DNA of 32,000 bases from Desulfocapsa sulfexigens DSM 10523 (GCF_000341395.1 NC_020304.1:2730001-2762000); one strand, 5' to 3'. Counted from the first letter of the stretch, positions 1 to 9,132 are shown. A program made the numbers and translations. Notes: a model not told the origin generated them from the sequence alone.

Positions 1-569
1 ATCTTCCCGCTCCTCAGGCAGAGATAGATGATGCTAATATTGAAGTACATAATCTTGGTTATTATGTGAAGTGGCATCCGCAGCATTGTTACTATTATTC
101 GGTTGAAAATGCTGGTTTTAAGGCATCTCCTGAAAGAACGCCCGGTACTTATAGTAAATACAATAGTATTGATGATCGTATGGATGATTTTCATTATTTC
201 ACAACCAGAATAAAATTTGGAATTGGACGTGCGACTTATGATGCTGCCCAGGAAATTCGTTCAGGTGACATAACCCGTGAAGAGGGCATCGCTCTAATTC
301 AAAGATATGATCATGAGTTTCCAGAACGGTTTGCGGAGGAAGTGTATCAATATCTTAGCATACCAGAGAAAGATTTTCCGACGGCTCATAAGATGTTTGA
401 ACAACCCATTATGGATCGTGAGTATTTTTTACAATTAGCAGATAATTTTCGATCACCTCATCTATGGGAGTATCATAATAATACTTGGAAGTTGAGAGTA
501 CCTATAGAAAACCAGCCCACTGATCAACAAGAAAATGCAATCCTGTGGAAAGGCAATATTGCTCAATAA
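1..569 (+). CDS. N-acetyl sugar amidotransferase, WbpG/PseA-like, C-terminal part (CDS begins upstream of window)
   Basis: The frame is open from base 3 through 569 (LPAPQAEIDDANIEVHNLGYYVKWHPQ...). It contains the characteristic GYYVKW.PQ.CYYY..EN.GF...PERT.GTYSKY.SIDD...FHY.TT.IKFGIGRATYDAAQEIR segment. It is followed by hisF/hisH-like genes, as in known amidotransferase trios. Confidence 0.9.
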   Translation, partial: LPAPQAEIDDANIEVHNLGYYVKWHPQHCYYYSVENAGFKASPERTPGTYSKYNSIDDRMDDFHYFTTRIKFGIGRATYDAAQEIRSGDITREEGIALIQRYDHEFPERFAEEVYQYLSIPEKDFPTAHKMFEQPIMDREYFLQLADNFRSPHLWEYHNNTWKLRVPIENQPTDQQENAILWKGNIAQ

Positions 570-586
570 ATATTTCTCCAAATAAA

Positions 587-1353
587 ATGAAGAATAAAAG
601 ACTTATAGCCAGGATGGATATTAAAGGTCCTAACCTGATTAAAGGCATACAGTTGGAGGGACTAAGAGTTGTTGGTGATCCCAGGGAAGCAGCAATTGAG
701 TATTATAAGAGTGGTATTGATGAAATAATATTTATTGATGCAGTTGCCAGTTTGTTTAAAAGAAATAATTTAGTCGAGATAGTCAAGCGAGTCTCAAACG
801 ATGTGTTTATTCCTTTATCTGTTGGTGGTGGAATTCGGTCAGTTGAAGATGTGAAAACTCTACTTCATTCCGGGGCTGATAAAGTTGCAGTTAATACTGC
901 TGCGCATAGTGATCCACAATTGTTGAGACAAATTGCCAATACCTTTGGGTCTCAATGCCTTGTATTATCAGTTGAGGCCAAAAAAAAAAAGGTGGTGGAT
1001 GGGAAGCTTATACCGATAACGGTCGAGAACATACCGGGAAAGATGTTATTGAATGGGTGAAAAATGGTATTGAGTGTGGTGTGGGTGAAATACTAATAAC
1101 ATCTGTTGATCAAGACGGCACGATGAATGGTTTTGATATTGAGTTGATCGATAAAGTCACCTCTGTTGTAAATGTTCCCGTTATAGCCAGCGGAGGAATG
1201 GGCTCCATTCCTGATTTCTTAGATGCTGTATTAGAAGGTCATGCGGATGCTGTTGCAATGGCGAGTATCCTTCATTATAAACGGATTGCAATTCAGGATA
1301 TCAGGGATGAAGCTCTTAGGCAAAATATTATGGTGAGGACGTATGAGAACTAG
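587..1353 (+). CDS. hisF: HisF-like cyclase/ammonia-channel subunit of the sugar amidotransferase system, interrupted by a frameshift at the poly-A tract 980..990
   Basis: The N-terminal half (ATG 587; MKNKRLIARMDIKGPNLIKGIQLEGLRVVGDP... LSVGGGIRS...) is in frame 2. The C-terminal half (GGWEAYTDNGREHTGKDVIEWVKNGIECGVGEILITSVDQDGTMNGFD...VIASGGMGS) is in frame 1 from base 991. The junction is exactly at 11 consecutive A residues. Confidence 0.85.
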
Positions 1354-1990
1354 TGTTGCCATTATTGATGTTGGTATCAATAATCTCTTAAGTGTTACTT
1401 CTGCTTTTGAGTTCTGTGGTGCCAAGGTCTCATTAGTTAAGAATGAAAATGATTTGCTGCAAGCCGAGCGTCTCGTTCTTCCAGGTGTTGGCGCCTTTAA
1501 GGATGGCATGAAGAAATTAGAAGGAGAACAATTAATCAGTGGAATCAAGAAAATTTCTGAGGAAGGTAAGCCTTTGCTTGGTATTTGCCTTGGAATGCAG
1601 ATGCTGTTTGATAGTAGTCTTGAGTTTGGGTTGTCACCTGGATTAGGCTTGATCCCAGGAAAAGTTGTTCCTATCCCTCCAAAAGACAAAAGTGAGAACA
1701 ATATCAGGATTCCACATATCGGCTGGAGTAGCTTGTATCCTTGTGGAGACGCTGGCATGTGGGAAGAGACAGTATTTAAGAAAGTGAAAGTAGGCTCATT
1801 TGTATACTTCGTCCACTCCTTTATGGCCGTTCCAGAGCAAGGGAAACATATTCTTGCTGAGACACAGTATTGTGGGCACAGAATTGTCGCCGCAGTTAAA
1901 AAAGATAATATCTTCGGTTGCCAATTCCATCCAGAGAAAAGTGGTGAGGTAGGATTAAGCATAATTGATGCTTTTTTACAAGAAACTTGA
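1343..1990 (+). CDS. hisH: HisH-like glutamine amidotransferase subunit
   Basis: MRTSVAIIDVGINNLLSV...LVLPGVGAFKDGM...LLGICLGMQMLFDSS...GCQFHPEKSGEVG, a class I glutaminase with Cys and His-Glu motifs. Confidence 0.92.
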   Translation: MRTSVAIIDVGINNLLSVTSAFEFCGAKVSLVKNENDLLQAERLVLPGVGAFKDGMKKLEGEQLISGIKKISEEGKPLLGICLGMQMLFDSSLEFGLSPGLGLIPGKVVPIPPKDKSENNIRIPHIGWSSLYPCGDAGMWEETVFKKVKVGSFVYFVHSFMAVPEQGKHILAETQYCGHRIVAAVKKDNIFGCQFHPEKSGEVGLSIIDAFLQET

Positions 1991-2099
1991 GGAAAGAGAA
2001 CCAGTAATGGTCTTGAAAGAAGCATGGGGCGTTATCTGAAAATAGTAGTTCCTTGGCAGTATGTGTTTTTATTCTGATTAGTTTTAGGAGGATTTGTTA

Positions 2100-3329
2100 G
2101 TGAGTTCAAAATGGTTAAGCTGGGAAGAAGTTAATACAATGTTAAGGAACAAAGAATTAGTCTTTTATGGTCGTTCAGATGACTGGATCCCTAAGGCATT
2201 AAAGAAAATGCTAAAACGCCCTGAGGTCATTATTGATAGCAACCCCGACTTTTCAGGAACCTTGTATGAAGATATTCCTGTTGAGAGTAAGGAATACTTA
2301 CTTGAACAAATTCGTCAAAAAAATATTTTTGTTGTAATTACAACTGCTAATTATCATGGTGTAGAAGCCTTTCTTGCTGATAACGGTATGGTTGCTGGAG
2401 TAGACTTCGCCTGTTGTCCCGAATATCGAAGTTTTTCATTGCGTGAGGAAATTATTAACTATAAGCAAGAAGTTATTGTTTGTTCATCTGATTATAATGA
2501 CCAATCAAAAGCACGATCCAGTGTAACTGGTGGGGGGGTTTTTAAGTACTATATTGGCCCAAATGAATTAGAAAGGATGGCTGAGGGTAGTTTTAGACAA
2601 ATAACCCAAGCAAAAGATTTGTTTTACGCTGTTGATCACGTGGATAGGAGAGTCTGTGTTTTTGATAGGGATTTTAAATTACTTGAAACATTTTATTCGG
2701 AATCACCGAAAAATTGTGGAATTACCTATAACGAAAAAAGAAATCTTATTATTATTTCCAATCCTGAATATGATACGATTTCTATTTATGATGCATCTAA
2801 TTTTGAAAAAATAGAATGTATTCCATATTCGACTCGAATGGAGGGGAACCTCACAAGTCAGCATCATATTAATGATATTTGTTCAACTGATGACCATTTA
2901 TACATTTCTTATTTCAGTCACTCTGGAAATTGGAAGAAAGGAGCATATGATGGAGGAATTAGTGAGATAGGCCTTGAGAATTTAACTGCCCCTCCAGTTC
3001 AAGTCGTAAGTAATCTATGGCAACCCCATAGTCCAGAAATCATCAATGGCGAGTTATGCTATCTAGATTCAATGCGTGGGCGTTTACACCTGACAACGCA
3101 TATTATAGCAGGTGAATTTCCCGGTTTTACAAGGGGATTGGCATATGACGGTAGGTTTTATTATATTGGCCAAACAGAAAATATGTATATCAGTCGACTT
3201 ATAGGGGAAAGAAAAAACATAATGCTTAATGCTGGATTCTATTTGTTTGATGTTACCACCAAAGCTAGCAGGTTTTTCCCAATGTTTGGCAATATGAACG
3301 TTCATGATTTACTAATTGAGATAGATTGA
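2100..3329 (+). CDS. Protein with N-terminal Rossmann-like segment and C-terminal beta-propeller-like region (TIGR03032/DUF4915-like), function unknown
   Basis: AGGAGG at 2086..2091 precedes GTG at 2100 (the ORF track starts at TTG 2094). The C-terminus has repeated blade-like segments (LFYAVDHVDRRVCVFDRDFK; ITYNEKRNLIIISNPEYDTISIYD; HHINDICSTDDHLYISYFSHSG; FTRGLAYDGRFYYIGQTE). Confidence 0.55.
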   Translation: MSSKWLSWEEVNTMLRNKELVFYGRSDDWIPKALKKMLKRPEVIIDSNPDFSGTLYEDIPVESKEYLLEQIRQKNIFVVITTANYHGVEAFLADNGMVAGVDFACCPEYRSFSLREEIINYKQEVIVCSSDYNDQSKARSSVTGGGVFKYYIGPNELERMAEGSFRQITQAKDLFYAVDHVDRRVCVFDRDFKLLETFYSESPKNCGITYNEKRNLIIISNPEYDTISIYDASNFEKIECIPYSTRMEGNLTSQHHINDICSTDDHLYISYFSHSGNWKKGAYDGGISEIGLENLTAPPVQVVSNLWQPHSPEIINGELCYLDSMRGRLHLTTHIIAGEFPGFTRGLAYDGRFYYIGQTENMYISRLIGERKNIMLNAGFYLFDVTTKASRFFPMFGNMNVHDLLIEID

Positions 3330-3417
3330 TTGAATTGCTTTGGTTAAGTTCGCTCCACTGAATCACATTGAGTGATGTAATATTTAGCTAACTGCAATTG
3401 GAGACAAGTGAATTTTT

Positions 3418-4728
3418 ATGAGCAAAGATAAATCAAGTAGTAAAATAATTTCATTTTTTAATGAAAAGAAGCTATTTGTTATTCAGAAGTGTTTTTGCTT
3501 CACCGTTGATTATGGATTTCCTCGTGCTTCAGCAATAATTTTAGCTTTGCTTACAAAAAATATTAATGTCAAAAAAGGTGCAAAAAGAATTTTTTGTATC
3601 GGAAGTCTTGCTTCTTTATATGATATCAATGCTCTAATAAAAAAAAGTCACTCACATCAATATTTATATCTGCCACGATTTAATTTTGGGTATATTTTAA
3701 GGAAGTTTGTAGATGTTTCTGATCTTAATGCCGATAATTATTATGTGGATAAGAAGTATGTGGATGGACGGGAAAAGGCTTACAATTATATTTCCTTAAT
3801 GCTTCCTGTGTTAAGGGGAATTCTTAAATTTGATTGTTTAATGACAAGTAATTTTGGATATGTAGAGCAACAGGAATTTGTGCGGATCACAAGAGAATTG
3901 GGGATTCCTGTCGTCATATTATATAAAGAAGGTTTGGTGAATCCTAGATTCGTTGATAAAATTTCAAGGCGCTACAGTACTCGTAAAACGCAATGCGATT
4001 TGTTTTTATGCTATAATGAAACTATTAAAGAAGCCCTAATTAAAAGTAATGTCGATGGGTTAACGGATGAGAATGTTCGTGCAACTGGGGTACCGAGACT
4101 TGATTTTTATTCAAATGAGAAAACTTCAGAAGCATTAAATCAGATAACCCTTTTTTCTTTTAAAGCTGAGGATAAATTTAGCAATATTGTTGAAGATGAA
4201 AAAACAATGGCGCAACTTAGGAAAACAATCGAAGATTTCCATATGTATGTGATTCAATATGCTTGTGAACATCCAGACAGTAAAGTTGTAATTAAGACAA
4301 AATTATCAAAGCGCAACCTGAACTTCGTGAATGAAATAGTACGGAAGTATACAGGAAAATGTGCCCCCCCTGCTAATCTAATTGTTACCGACACAGGAGA
4401 TGCATTTGCTTATATCGTTGAATCAAGTTGCGTTTTAGGTTGTAACTCTACGGTATTACTGGAAGCGCTTCTTGCAGGGAAAACAGTTGTGTCTCCAGAT
4501 TTCAGGTTTTTTTTCAGTCACCCTTCATGGAGTCTTTTTGAAGGCTATGAACAGTTATTAACATATGTCGCTTCATATAGTGATTTTGTGCAACTAGTTG
4601 GTAAATCAAGACAATATACACAAGATGAAGAAAAGGCGTTGAGTGATTTATTCAAGCAATATATTTATAGTGCAGATGGAAAGTCTTCAATACGTGTAGA
4701 AGAAAGTATTTCACAACTCCTACAGTGA
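3418..4728 (+). CDS. Putative GT-B-like surface carbohydrate biosynthesis protein / glycosyltransferase
   Basis: 436-aa ORF with ATG start. It has a GT-B-like C-terminal signature (VIKTKLSKRN...DTGDAFAYIVESSCVLGCNSTVLLEALLAGKTVVSPDF) resembling capsule/CDP-glycerol-type transferases. Confidence 0.5.
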   Translation: MSKDKSSSKIISFFNEKKLFVIQKCFCFTVDYGFPRASAIILALLTKNINVKKGAKRIFCIGSLASLYDINALIKKSHSHQYLYLPRFNFGYILRKFVDVSDLNADNYYVDKKYVDGREKAYNYISLMLPVLRGILKFDCLMTSNFGYVEQQEFVRITRELGIPVVILYKEGLVNPRFVDKISRRYSTRKTQCDLFLCYNETIKEALIKSNVDGLTDENVRATGVPRLDFYSNEKTSEALNQITLFSFKAEDKFSNIVEDEKTMAQLRKTIEDFHMYVIQYACEHPDSKVVIKTKLSKRNLNFVNEIVRKYTGKCAPPANLIVTDTGDAFAYIVESSCVLGCNSTVLLEALLAGKTVVSPDFRFFFSHPSWSLFEGYEQLLTYVASYSDFVQLVGKSRQYTQDEEKALSDLFKQYIYSADGKSSIRVEESISQLLQ

Positions 4729-4745
4729 AACAGTTTTAAAAAGTT

Positions 4746-4754
4746 AAACCAAAT
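4746..4754. repeat. Left copy of IS target-site duplication AAACCAAAT
   Basis: Identical 9-mer immediately outside both inverted repeats. Confidence 0.85.
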
Positions 4755-6005
4755 CAGTGCTGTCTCATAGTTTTCCCCACAGTAAAAGCTGTGGAGAAAC
4801 AGGTTGTTGTTTGTCTGGCGGCCTAAAAAGATCTGCCAAGGCACGCCGTTGAAACAGGTTCAGTTGTAAAACTCTGAGTATTTGCTGCATGGAGGCACCC
4901 AATTTAGCTTTAAAATTAAGATATGCAACCAGCAGATAAACACACAAAGCTATCCAGACTTGGGTGAGGACTGCGTTTTTTGATGTACCCAGAAATGTCT
5001 TGATTTTGAGGTTTTGCTTGATCCATTTGAAAAATTGTTCGATCTGCCATCGCTCTTTATAGATTGCCGCTATCTCTGCAGCTTTTAGATGGTGAGCATT
5101 AGTAACAAAACGGTATTCCTGGCCAGTTTCCAGATCTGTGTATGCAACAAGACGAAGTGGATCTTTAATATTTTTGAGTTTTATTGGCTGGTCATTGGTT
5201 ACGCCAGGACTTTTGCGACCAGCCCGTTTGAAAAGATATTCAGCATCAGCATTGCTTTTCAAACGGGTCACAAAGAAAATTCCGTCTTTCATGAGGGAGG
5301 AGTACCAGCCATAATCTGTAAAACCCCTATCAAAAACAGCAAATGATCCTTTGGGTAGCTTCAGTGTTTCTTTTGCCCAGTTGATTTCATGGACTTTACC
5401 ATCGGTCATGTCCATAAAAGTAGGAAGGTAACCGTCAGCATCTATACCCATGTGCAGTTTGACAGCGTCTTTTCTTTTACGGAATTCAGCCCATGGAAAT
5501 ACTGCTAAGCAAAGATCAATAGTTGTTGTATCAAGTAGGTACAGCTTGTTTTTAAAAGAGAATTTGTGGCCGGGTGTCACCAGTTGACACTTTTTCAACA
5601 GATCAGAAAACACAGTTTCGTAAAGAGATGCTGGCTGTTTTTTATTTACTCTTGCCAGTGTCGCCTTTGAAGTTGGTTTCATGCCGAGGTGATATAAACG
5701 TTTTTTTTGCGCCTTCAAATTATCAGTAATATCACGAAGGCTTTTTCTACTGGAAAGTTGTCCTATCAGCATTGCCATAAACTGGCTCCAGCGGTTATAG
5801 GATCTGAATTTTTGGCCCGAATGATGAGGTTTGGCATGATCATCAAAAACATGTCTGTTAATAAGTGAAGTAATTTGACTAAGGATTGTGTTATAATGCG
5901 CCATGGCTCGGATCTCCTTGTGTTAAATGGCTTTTTGGTCGAAATCATTATAACATAAAGAGCTCTCCGAGCCTCTTTTTATTGTTCAACTATGAGACAG
6001 CACTG
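4755..6005. mobile_element. IS4-family insertion sequence, about 1251 bp
   Basis: 18-bp perfect terminal inverted repeats: CAGTGCTGTCTCATAGTT at 4755..4772 and AACTATGAGACAGCACTG at 5988..6005. They flank a full-length transposase and are bounded by the 9-bp direct repeat AAACCAAAT. Confidence 0.93.
4765..5904 (-). CDS. IS4-family transposase
   Basis: 379 aa. N-terminal MAHYNTILSQITSLINRHVFD...SYNRWSQFMAMLIGQLSSRKSLRDI; DDE-type LLDTTTIDLCLAVFPWAEFRK...FAVFDRGFTDYGW; YREK-like signature YKERWQIEQFFKWIKQNLKIKTFLG. Confidence 0.95.
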   Translation of the reverse strand: MAHYNTILSQITSLINRHVFDDHAKPHHSGQKFRSYNRWSQFMAMLIGQLSSRKSLRDITDNLKAQKKRLYHLGMKPTSKATLARVNKKQPASLYETVFSDLLKKCQLVTPGHKFSFKNKLYLLDTTTIDLCLAVFPWAEFRKRKDAVKLHMGIDADGYLPTFMDMTDGKVHEINWAKETLKLPKGSFAVFDRGFTDYGWYSSLMKDGIFFVTRLKSNADAEYLFKRAGRKSPGVTNDQPIKLKNIKDPLRLVAYTDLETGQEYRFVTNAHHLKAAEIAAIYKERWQIEQFFKWIKQNLKIKTFLGTSKNAVLTQVWIALCVYLLVAYLNFKAKLGASMQQILRVLQLNLFQRRALADLFRPPDKQQPVSPQLLLWGKL

Positions 6006-6014
6006 AAACCAAAT
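6006..6014. repeat. Right copy of IS target-site duplication AAACCAAAT
   Basis: Identical to 4746..4754, adjacent to the right inverted repeat. Confidence 0.85.
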
Positions 6015-6101
6015 AACTTGTTGTGTAGTATTTTACATTGAACAAGAAAATCCTTTAATTCATTTTTAAATCCCAAATTTCTCTGCGTTTGCCTGCACCA
6101 T

Positions 6102-7256
6102 ATGAAAGTATTGTATTTTTCTAAGACAAGCATTCCTTCGCGTACAGCAAACTCACTTCATGTGATGAAGATGTGTCAGGCTTTTTCTAAAAATGGTCAT
6201 GATGTCTGGTTTTGTGCATTAAGTGAAATTATTCAGAAGCAATTGCCTACCAAAGAAATATTTCGCTTTTATGGGGTTAAAGAATGTTTCCATATTTTAC
6301 GAATTCCAGTCTTTCGTGATAAAGGCAAAAAAAATCGATTCCTTTGGTCTCATTTTTTCATCATTCCTTACCTGTTAAATGTATTAAGAAAAGTCAAACC
6401 AGATATAGTATATGGGCGTGATATTTTTAGTTGCTATATCGCCGCCTGCTTTGGGTATCCTGTCGTTGCTGAATCGCATTTTCCGTTATGGTATGGAAAA
6501 ATAGCATCCTTTGCTTTTGAACGCCTGCATAAACACAAAAATTTCAAGAGACTGGTTGTCATTTCTGAGGCTCTGAAAAAGGAGTATTTGCTTCATTATT
6601 CCGATCTTACCACTAGTCAAGTTGTTGTCGCACACGACGGTGCAGACCCCGTTGAGAGCAACCAATTATGCAAACAGGAAATAGGAACTTCTGGAACTTT
6701 AAAAGTTGGATATATGGGCCATCTTTATGAAGGTAAAGGTCTGGAAGTTATTGCAGCCATAGCATCTAAAATACCAGATATTGAATTTCATATTATCGGG
6801 GGACTCGATGATGATATCCAGAAGTGGAAAAAACGAATTGATGCTGACAACGTAACGTTTCACGGGTTTGTACAGCAAGGAACTCTTCCAGGGTATCTGA
6901 AGGCACTCGATATCTGTCTCTTGCCCAATCAGTATAAGGTGTTGGCCCATGGGGCTGACCGTTCCAGCAATATTAAAAATATTTCTCTATACACCTCTCC
7001 CCTGAAAATGTTTGAATATATGGCACATGGAAAAGCAATTGTTGCATCTGATTTGCCTGTACTTAGAGAAGTATTGAATGAAGATATCGCAATATTAGTA
7101 AAACCCGATGATTATCCAGGATGGATTGCGGCCATTAATCTTTTACGTGACGAAGTGCTCAGGAACAATCTGGGGAGGCGAGCAAAGAGCCTATTTTTGA
7201 AAGAGTACACCTGGGGAAGAAGGGCTGTCTCTGTACTGGATGGTTTGGAAAGATAG
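6102..7256 (+). CDS. Glycosyltransferase family 4-like protein
   Basis: MKVLYFSKTSIPSRTANSLHVMKMCQAF...LKVGYMGHLYEGKGLEVI...PLKMFEYMAHGKAIVASDLPVLREVL: GT-B fold with a C-terminal GT4 signature. Confidence 0.9.
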   Translation: MKVLYFSKTSIPSRTANSLHVMKMCQAFSKNGHDVWFCALSEIIQKQLPTKEIFRFYGVKECFHILRIPVFRDKGKKNRFLWSHFFIIPYLLNVLRKVKPDIVYGRDIFSCYIAACFGYPVVAESHFPLWYGKIASFAFERLHKHKNFKRLVVISEALKKEYLLHYSDLTTSQVVVAHDGADPVESNQLCKQEIGTSGTLKVGYMGHLYEGKGLEVIAAIASKIPDIEFHIIGGLDDDIQKWKKRIDADNVTFHGFVQQGTLPGYLKALDICLLPNQYKVLAHGADRSSNIKNISLYTSPLKMFEYMAHGKAIVASDLPVLREVLNEDIAILVKPDDYPGWIAAINLLRDEVLRNNLGRRAKSLFLKEYTWGRRAVSVLDGLER

Positions 7257-7321
7257 ATTCCAGCTTAAGAAATTATACTAAAACATGTACTCCCAGCCAT
7301 TATGCCAGTAAATTGTATTAA

Positions 7322-8476
7322 ATGGATTCATTCAAGTTTCTGGTGGGTGAACGTGAGGCTTCGGGAATGAATGGTAAAATATCAATTCTTTTTGTTCTTG
7401 GAGGCCTTGGTACCGGTGGTAAAGAAAGGCAATTGATAGAATTGATTCATGGCCTTCCCCGTGATCGGTTTGTTTGTCACCTCTTTGTGAAGAAGCACGA
7501 TGCTTCTTATCTTGAAAAGGTTAAGGAAGCTCTGGGTTCATTCTACTCTCTTGACCAAGAAAAGTTCCATGTTTTAGACTTTCTGACTCTAGGGAGGCAT
7601 ATTGATAAAATCCAACCAGATATCGTCTGCAGTTGGACCAATATCACAAGTCATTTCTGTCTATTGGCTCGTATCTTTACAAAACATCCCTATCGGATAG
7701 TTAACTGCTGTATACGGAATGCACCTATCCAATTGTCCGTAGTCCTTAAGTTAGAACGTTTGCTGTATTCATTGTATAGTTGTGTTGTTGCCAACTCACA
7801 GGCAGGGTTGATAGCCTATGGTCAAGAAGGGAAGAAGGGGCGGTATGTGTTGTATAACGGTTTTGACCTAAGCCGGGTGCCTGCATACTCTCAAAAGAGA
7901 GCCAGGGAAATACTAGGTTTTGAGGCGAATACATTTATTGTCGTCATGGTTGCTAGTCTCACCCTGTTGAAGGATCACAAGACACTTTTGAGAACAGCTC
8001 GCGAATTCCGGAACAAACCAGCCGATATTCAATTTCTCATTGTTGGTGACGGAAGAGAACGAAATGGTCTTGAAAAATGGACCCATGATAATGGAATTGA
8101 ATCCATGGTTTCTTTTTTAGGGAAGAGGGATGACGTCGAATTACTTTTCAGAGCTGCGGACATATCCGTTCTTACCTCCACCGCATGGTTTGGTGAAGGG
8201 ATATCCAACTCTATAATTGAATCCATGGCCTGTGGTACCCCGGTAATTGCAACTGATTCTCCAGGTACCAGAGAGGTGATCGTAAACAATGAAAATGGAT
8301 ATATAGTAAACTGTGGTGATTATAAGAGTGTCGCTGATAAGATTATCGAGTTACAAGGTCAGCCTCAGCTTGTACACGATATAGCTAAAAAGGCTCAGGA
8401 ACACATTGCTGAAAAATTCAGTATCAGGCAATTGATCGAAACTTTTGAGCATATTGTTGAGAGATGTTCCCGGTAA
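7322..8476 (+). CDS. Glycosyltransferase family 4-like protein
   Basis: ISILFVLGGLGTGGKERQLIELIHGL...ILGFEANTFIVVMVASLTLLKDHKTLL...EGISNSIIESMACGTPVIATDSPGTREVI. The true start may be the internal ATG before NGKISILF. Confidence 0.92.
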   Translation: MDSFKFLVGEREASGMNGKISILFVLGGLGTGGKERQLIELIHGLPRDRFVCHLFVKKHDASYLEKVKEALGSFYSLDQEKFHVLDFLTLGRHIDKIQPDIVCSWTNITSHFCLLARIFTKHPYRIVNCCIRNAPIQLSVVLKLERLLYSLYSCVVANSQAGLIAYGQEGKKGRYVLYNGFDLSRVPAYSQKRAREILGFEANTFIVVMVASLTLLKDHKTLLRTAREFRNKPADIQFLIVGDGRERNGLEKWTHDNGIESMVSFLGKRDDVELLFRAADISVLTSTAWFGEGISNSIIESMACGTPVIATDSPGTREVIVNNENGYIVNCGDYKSVADKIIELQGQPQLVHDIAKKAQEHIAEKFSIRQLIETFEHIVERCSR

Positions 8477-9122
8477 TGGTGTTGTAGAGCAGGATAGTGT
8501 GGATACATTAAAATCAAAACTCAAGAGATATCTGTCTAAAAACTCTCCAGTATACCGGAAGATACAACGAAGTGGGCTCTTTGATTGTGCTTATTACTTA
8601 AAGGAAAATCAAGATGTTAAGCAGAGTGGCCAGGATGGTCTTGCTCATTTCATAGCCATAGGTGCTCTTGAAGGCCGTAATCCCCATCCACTTTTCGAGA
8701 CCCGTTATTTTCTTGGACAAATTTCCTCTTACAATCCAGATGCCGGGAATATACTTCTTCAATATTTGGAGTCTCCGATGCTTTGGCCCGTAGACCCTCA
8801 TCCACTGTTTAATGCCAGTTACTATAGTGCCATGGAGCCGGCTGTTGCTGCCGCCGATATTCCTCCATTGCTTTACTATATTCTGAATCATGGAAAGAGT
8901 CAGGCTGATCCTCACCCACTGTTTGATGGACAGTTTTACCAACTACAAGTTCCTGAGGTACTGGAAAACGGTGCGAATCCATTGATCCACTATCTCCAGG
9001 AAGGGCGATTTAACGGGAAGGAACCTTTTGCTCACAAAGCAAGTGGCAGTACTCATATTGACTTGTCCAAATATATGAAAAAAAGACGTGAGCAGATCTG
9101 TCCAGTGGCACAGGGGACCTGA
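8445..9122 (+). CDS. Small protein made mainly of four 38-residue LFD/YY...HP repeats as found in some glycosyltransferase N-termini; no catalytic domain seen
   Basis: Units begin at residues 45, 83, 121 and 159 with an exact period of 38: LFDCAYY...NPHP / LFETRYF...DPHP / LFNASYY...DPHP / LFDGQFY...EPFA. It lies between and overlaps glycosyltransferase genes. The start is uncertain; GTG near 8499 is possible. Confidence 0.75.
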   Translation: MSILLRDVPGNGVVEQDSVDTLKSKLKRYLSKNSPVYRKIQRSGLFDCAYYLKENQDVKQSGQDGLAHFIAIGALEGRNPHPLFETRYFLGQISSYNPDAGNILLQYLESPMLWPVDPHPLFNASYYSAMEPAVAAADIPPLLYYILNHGKSQADPHPLFDGQFYQLQVPEVLENGANPLIHYLQEGRFNGKEPFAHKASGSTHIDLSKYMKKRREQICPVAQGT

Positions 9123-9132
9123 GGGGAGAAAT

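Noticed and set aside
1057-1353. Independent small gene starting at GTG 1057
   Set aside because: The HisF homology extends upstream in the same frame to base 991, so this is better read as the C-terminal part of a frameshifted HisF-like gene, though reinitiation cannot be excluded.
1231-2025. 264-aa minus-strand ORF antisense to hisH
   Set aside because: It overlaps a clearly homologous HisH coding sequence; its translation has no recognisable motif and looks like shadow coding.
2529-2537. G-homopolymer as a phase-variation tract
   Set aside because: Short run (about 7-8 G) within an intact reading frame (TGGGVFKYY), with no evidence of frame disruption.
5089-5346. 85-aa + strand ORF inside the IS
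   Set aside because: It is antisense to the intact transposase with no independent support.
8577-9029. Nucleotide tandem repeat or CRISPR-like array suggested by 114-nt periodicity
   Set aside because: The periodicity is at the protein level (38 aa) with divergent nucleotide units and no conserved DNA repeat or spacers.
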